A stretch of 64,000 bases of DNA from an uncultured Bacilli bacterium (GTDB lineage: Bacteria > Bacillota_I > Bacilli_A > RF39 > UBA660), in assembly GCA_948999435.1 (NCBI GenBank), contig CARJCM010000001.1, positions 27 to 64,026 on the forward strand, written 5' to 3'. The translations under genes were made by a program, and so were the position numbers. This document shows, one piece after another, positions 61,353-64,000 of the stretch. The notes below the pieces were generated by a model. It did no database searches. It was given only the letters and a program-made list of their open reading frames with translations, and was not told the DNA's origin. Positions within the stretch are counted from its first letter, which is position 1. Each line of letters starts with the position of its first letter.

Positions 61353-61832
61353 ATGTTAAATAATATAAAAATAGGTGAAGTAATTAGGTATTTTAGAATG
61401 AAAAATAATATGTCTCAAAGAGAGCTTGCTAATATTGTTGGAATTGATAGAACAGAAATAAGTAAGATAGAAAACAATATTAGAAAGACAATTAATGATA
61501 GCGTATTAAAAAGAATTTGTAATGTTTTAAATATAAATTATATCAAACTTGTGGAAAAGTCAGATATAAATAATAAAGAAAATAATTCTAAAAAATATGA
61601 AATAATAATTACAGAAACATTTAAAACAAAGTATATAGTTTCAGCTAAAGATGAACAATCAGCAGTTGGTTTTATTAATGATTTTTTTAAAGCAGCAGAT
61701 GTTTTGGAATGTGAAATAAGAAAAGAAAGTGAATCTTTTTCTGATGTTGATGTAAAAGAAATAAAGGAAAAACATTGCAGTTTGGAAGAAAAAAATTATA
61801 TTTTATTTGATGAAGCAGATATTTTACTATAA
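61353..61832 (+). CDS. XRE-family HTH transcriptional regulator
   Basis: MSQRELANIVGIDRTEISKIENN HTH_3 motif. Confidence 0.8.
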   Translation: MLNNIKIGEVIRYFRMKNNMSQRELANIVGIDRTEISKIENNIRKTINDSVLKRICNVLNINYIKLVEKSDINNKENNSKKYEIIITETFKTKYIVSAKDEQSAVGFINDFFKAADVLECEIRKESESFSDVDVKEIKEKHCSLEEKNYILFDEADILL

Positions 61833-62045
61833 AAATTATAATAATGTGCTGTATTAGCAAGCACTGAATAATTACTCCCGTAATTATTCTCTTGTTACCC
61901 AGTGTAACTTAAAATATATATTAAAATAATTAAACGTATGATATAATTGTCATTGGGAAGTAATATCAAGATTGTACCACTAGAGTGTAGGAATTTATCA
62001 GAACAATCTTTTTATTGTAAATGAGTTTTAACTCATAGTTAAGTG

Positions 62046-62071
62046 TTAGCACTAATGTGCTAATTTTTTTT
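62046..62071 (+). terminator. Terminator after the XRE gene (TTAGCAC-taat-GTGCTAA + T8)
   Basis: Perfect 7-bp stem followed by a T-run. Confidence 0.65.
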
Positions 62072-62166
62072 ATTAGAAAGGATTGATATCATGGAAGAAA
62101 TATTTTTCTTAATAGGAGGATTAAGTGTAATATGTATTATGAATTGTTTTCAAATAAATAAAATAA

Positions 62167-62535
62167 ATGCATTTATTAAATCAAATAAGAAAGAAACAAA
62201 AGATAATGAGAGCTAGAAATATAAAAAAGCAAATATGGATTAATAAGGAAGAAGATTATATCTTAAAAGATAAAGCTGCAAGGGTAGGATTGTGTGAAGC
62301 AGAGTTAATACGGAATTTGATTTTAGGTTTTGAGCCTAAAGAGAAACCAGATAATAGATTTTATGAAGTTATGAGAGAGTTAAGAGCTATAGGAAACAAT
62401 ATAAATCAAATAGCAAGAAGAGCAAATACATTAAATAATATAGATTGTGAATTGTATAAAACTGAAGCTATTAAATGGAATAACTTTATGTTAGATATAA
62501 AAAAAGAGTTTCTTCTTCCAAAAGAAATTAAATGA
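62167..62535 (+). CDS. mobC: MobC-family relaxosome accessory protein (ribbon-helix-helix)
   Basis: RARNIKKQIWINKEEDYILKDKAARVGLCEAELIRNLILG matches MobC. The true start is probably MRARN at ~62206. Confidence 0.7.
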   Translation: MHLLNQIRKKQKIMRARNIKKQIWINKEEDYILKDKAARVGLCEAELIRNLILGFEPKEKPDNRFYEVMRELRAIGNNINQIARRANTLNNIDCELYKTEAIKWNNFMLDIKKEFLLPKEIK

Positions 62536-62592
62536 TATATACATTATTAGAAGTTAGTGATATAATATACAATAAATTTGAGGTGAAATAAT

Positions 62593-62841
62593 ATGAGTTG
62601 GGAAGTTACAAATAAAAAAAGCATAAAATGTTTATGTGGTAAAGGAAGTATTGTTCAGGAGACAATAGGTGATGATTGGAATAGACATAAAGATAAAGAA
62701 CCTATTATAGAATGTGAAGAATGTTCCCAAAAATATAAAATTGATTCAGAATATATTTGTCCAAAGCCTTACCATGATTATACAAATTATTATTGTGTTG
62801 AAAAAGAAAATCCAAGTAAAAAAATAACGTTGGATTTATAA
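62593..62841 (+). CDS. Small Cys-rich (zinc-ribbon-like) protein
   Basis: CLCGKG...CEECSQ...CPKP...C. Confidence 0.4.
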   Translation: MSWEVTNKKSIKCLCGKGSIVQETIGDDWNRHKDKEPIIECEECSQKYKIDSEYICPKPYHDYTNYYCVEKENPSKKITLDL

Positions 62842-62854
62842 TAGGAGATAATAA

Positions 62855-63379
62855 ATGAATGAGGTATGGACATGCAAAAGTCCCTATAATTTTGCAGATG
62901 AAAATTTTGCTACGATATTTTCGTTTTTTGTTATTGAGTGTCCGGTTGAAGATATAAGTGTAAGAGGAGCAACTTCTGAAAGAAAAACAAATTTACAAGG
63001 ATTTACTAGCCAAAGTATTTCTACAAATTTGAAAACTGGATATTGGAATCCAATAGATGAGAATAAGAATAATAGTAATATAGAAGATATAATACGTAAT
63101 AATGGTATTATTTCACATAATGAAATAAAATATGAAATAGTAGCTTTTAAATATTATAAAAAAGATATGATGAAACAATTTTTATATTCCATAAGGTGTG
63201 CTTTCGCTCATGGTGCGTTTTGTATTCATGAACATGATAATTGTAAATTTTATTATTTTGAAAATTTTGATATAAATGGAAAAGGTTTAATAGCAAGGAT
63301 GGTTTTAAAAGAAGAATCCTTAATAAAGATAGTTGATAAATTAAAAATTAAAAAGGAAAACTACAAACAGCAAAATTAG
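62855..63379 (+). CDS. Hypothetical protein
   Basis: ORF only. Confidence 0.4.
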   Translation: MNEVWTCKSPYNFADENFATIFSFFVIECPVEDISVRGATSERKTNLQGFTSQSISTNLKTGYWNPIDENKNNSNIEDIIRNNGIISHNEIKYEIVAFKYYKKDMMKQFLYSIRCAFAHGAFCIHEHDNCKFYYFENFDINGKGLIARMVLKEESLIKIVDKLKIKKENYKQQN

Positions 63380-63385
63380 AAAGGG

Positions 63386-64000
63386 TTGATATTAATTGCA
63401 ACTACAGCAATATGGAAGATAACTAAAAGACTAGACCATGTAATAGACTATACGACAGATAAAGATAAAACTTTAAATAAAAAATATGGTAAGCAAGACT
63501 TTAAAGAATTTCATAACTTGTCAGCACATAAGAATGAAGAATATGTAAATGAGAAACATTGCTTTATATCTTCACTAAATTGTTCCGTAGAAAGTGCATA
63601 TGAAGAAATGAAGATAACTAAGAAAACTTTTAACAAAACTGAAGGTATACTTGGTTTCCATGCTTTTCAATCATTTGCAGAGAATGAAGTAACACCAGAA
63701 ACAGCTCATGAAATAGGAGTTAAACTAGCTGAAGAAATATGGGGTGATGATTTTGAAGTAATAATTAGTACTCATCAAAATACTAAACATATTCATAATC
63801 ACTTTGTAATAAATTCTGTAAGTTTTAAAAATGGTAAAAGATACTATGATAAAAGAGACACGTATGCAAGAATAAGACAAGTGTCAGATTCTTTGTGTGA
63901 AGAATATAATCTTAGTGTTTTAAAAGAGAAGAAATGCCAAAGAAGTAAAATAAATTATGATAATTATAATAAGAGCTATATAACAAAAGATAATTATCAT
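63386..64000 (+). CDS. MOBP-type relaxase/mobilization nuclease (MobA/VirD2-like), N-terminal part; continues past window
   Basis: TTG start after a GAAAGGG RBS. MILIATTAIWKITKRLDHVIDYTTDKDKT... Motif III HQNTKHIHNHFVINS (HxHxxxN). Confidence 0.75.
   Translation, partial: MILIATTAIWKITKRLDHVIDYTTDKDKTLNKKYGKQDFKEFHNLSAHKNEEYVNEKHCFISSLNCSVESAYEEMKITKKTFNKTEGILGFHAFQSFAENEVTPETAHEIGVKLAEEIWGDDFEVIISTHQNTKHIHNHFVINSVSFKNGKRYYDKRDTYARIRQVSDSLCEEYNLSVLKEKKCQRSKINYDNYNKSYITKDNYH

Larger units (their letters stand above)
52207..64000 (+). mobile_element. Integrative mobilizable/conjugative element (left end in uvrB; extends beyond window end)
   Basis: Gene content: ParA/ParB, TED adhesin + sortase, SSB, DUF3991-Toprim, XRE, oriT-like IRs, MobC and a MOBP relaxase. 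The left junction is defined by the loss of uvrB homology. Confidence 0.7.

Overview
AT-rich, low-GC Firmicute-type (Clostridium-like) chromosomal window. It contains, in order:
(1) The end of a minus-strand hypothetical gene and an FAD/Rieske oxidoreductase.
(2) A tRNA-His, followed by a small accessory cassette: an isochorismatase-like hydrolase, a DUF3883-domain protein and a ligase-less LigD-type phosphoesterase + primase-polymerase protein.
(3) A SipW-like membrane protein and secG.
(4) A complete type I-B CRISPR-Cas locus (cas6-cas8b-cas7-cas5 | internal array | cas3-cas4-cas1-cas2 | second array). The two arrays carry related but distinct 30-nt repeats, and each is preceded by a copy of the same palindromic leader motif.
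(5) cysS.
(6) A ~19 kb cell-surface glycopolymer locus (19.5-38.2 kb):
- a TagO/WecA-like priming transferase;
- GT4/GT2 glycosyltransferases;
- a Wzy-like polymerase and a Wzx flippase;
- split Alg14-like and Alg13-like proteins, the Alg13-like one fused to a pyruvyl-transferase, two 4Fe-4S motifs and an FrhB-like domain;
- a cytidylyltransferase + membrane-kinase + HAD module;
- a GtrA/GtrB/GT-C-like trio.
(7) glmS (minus strand, no ribozyme leader).
(8) A peptidoglycan-modification cluster: MurT/GatD, a FemAB-family transferase and a GH25-LysM muramidase.
(9) A 1627-aa multidomain surface protein.
(10) A divergent ribosomal protein S11 paralog.
(11) A uvrB gene whose homology stops after codon ~92. 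It is interrupted by an integrative mobilizable/conjugative element that runs to the end of the window and encodes ParA/ParB, a thioester-domain adhesin with sortase, SSB, a DUF3991/Toprim protein, an XRE regulator, a putative oriT, MobC and a MOBP-type relaxase.
The strongest candidate for an undescribed system is the tRNA-adjacent hydrolase / DUF3883 / PE-PolDom cassette next to the CRISPR-Cas locus. Coordinates follow the ORF track where given; my own calls are within a few nt.
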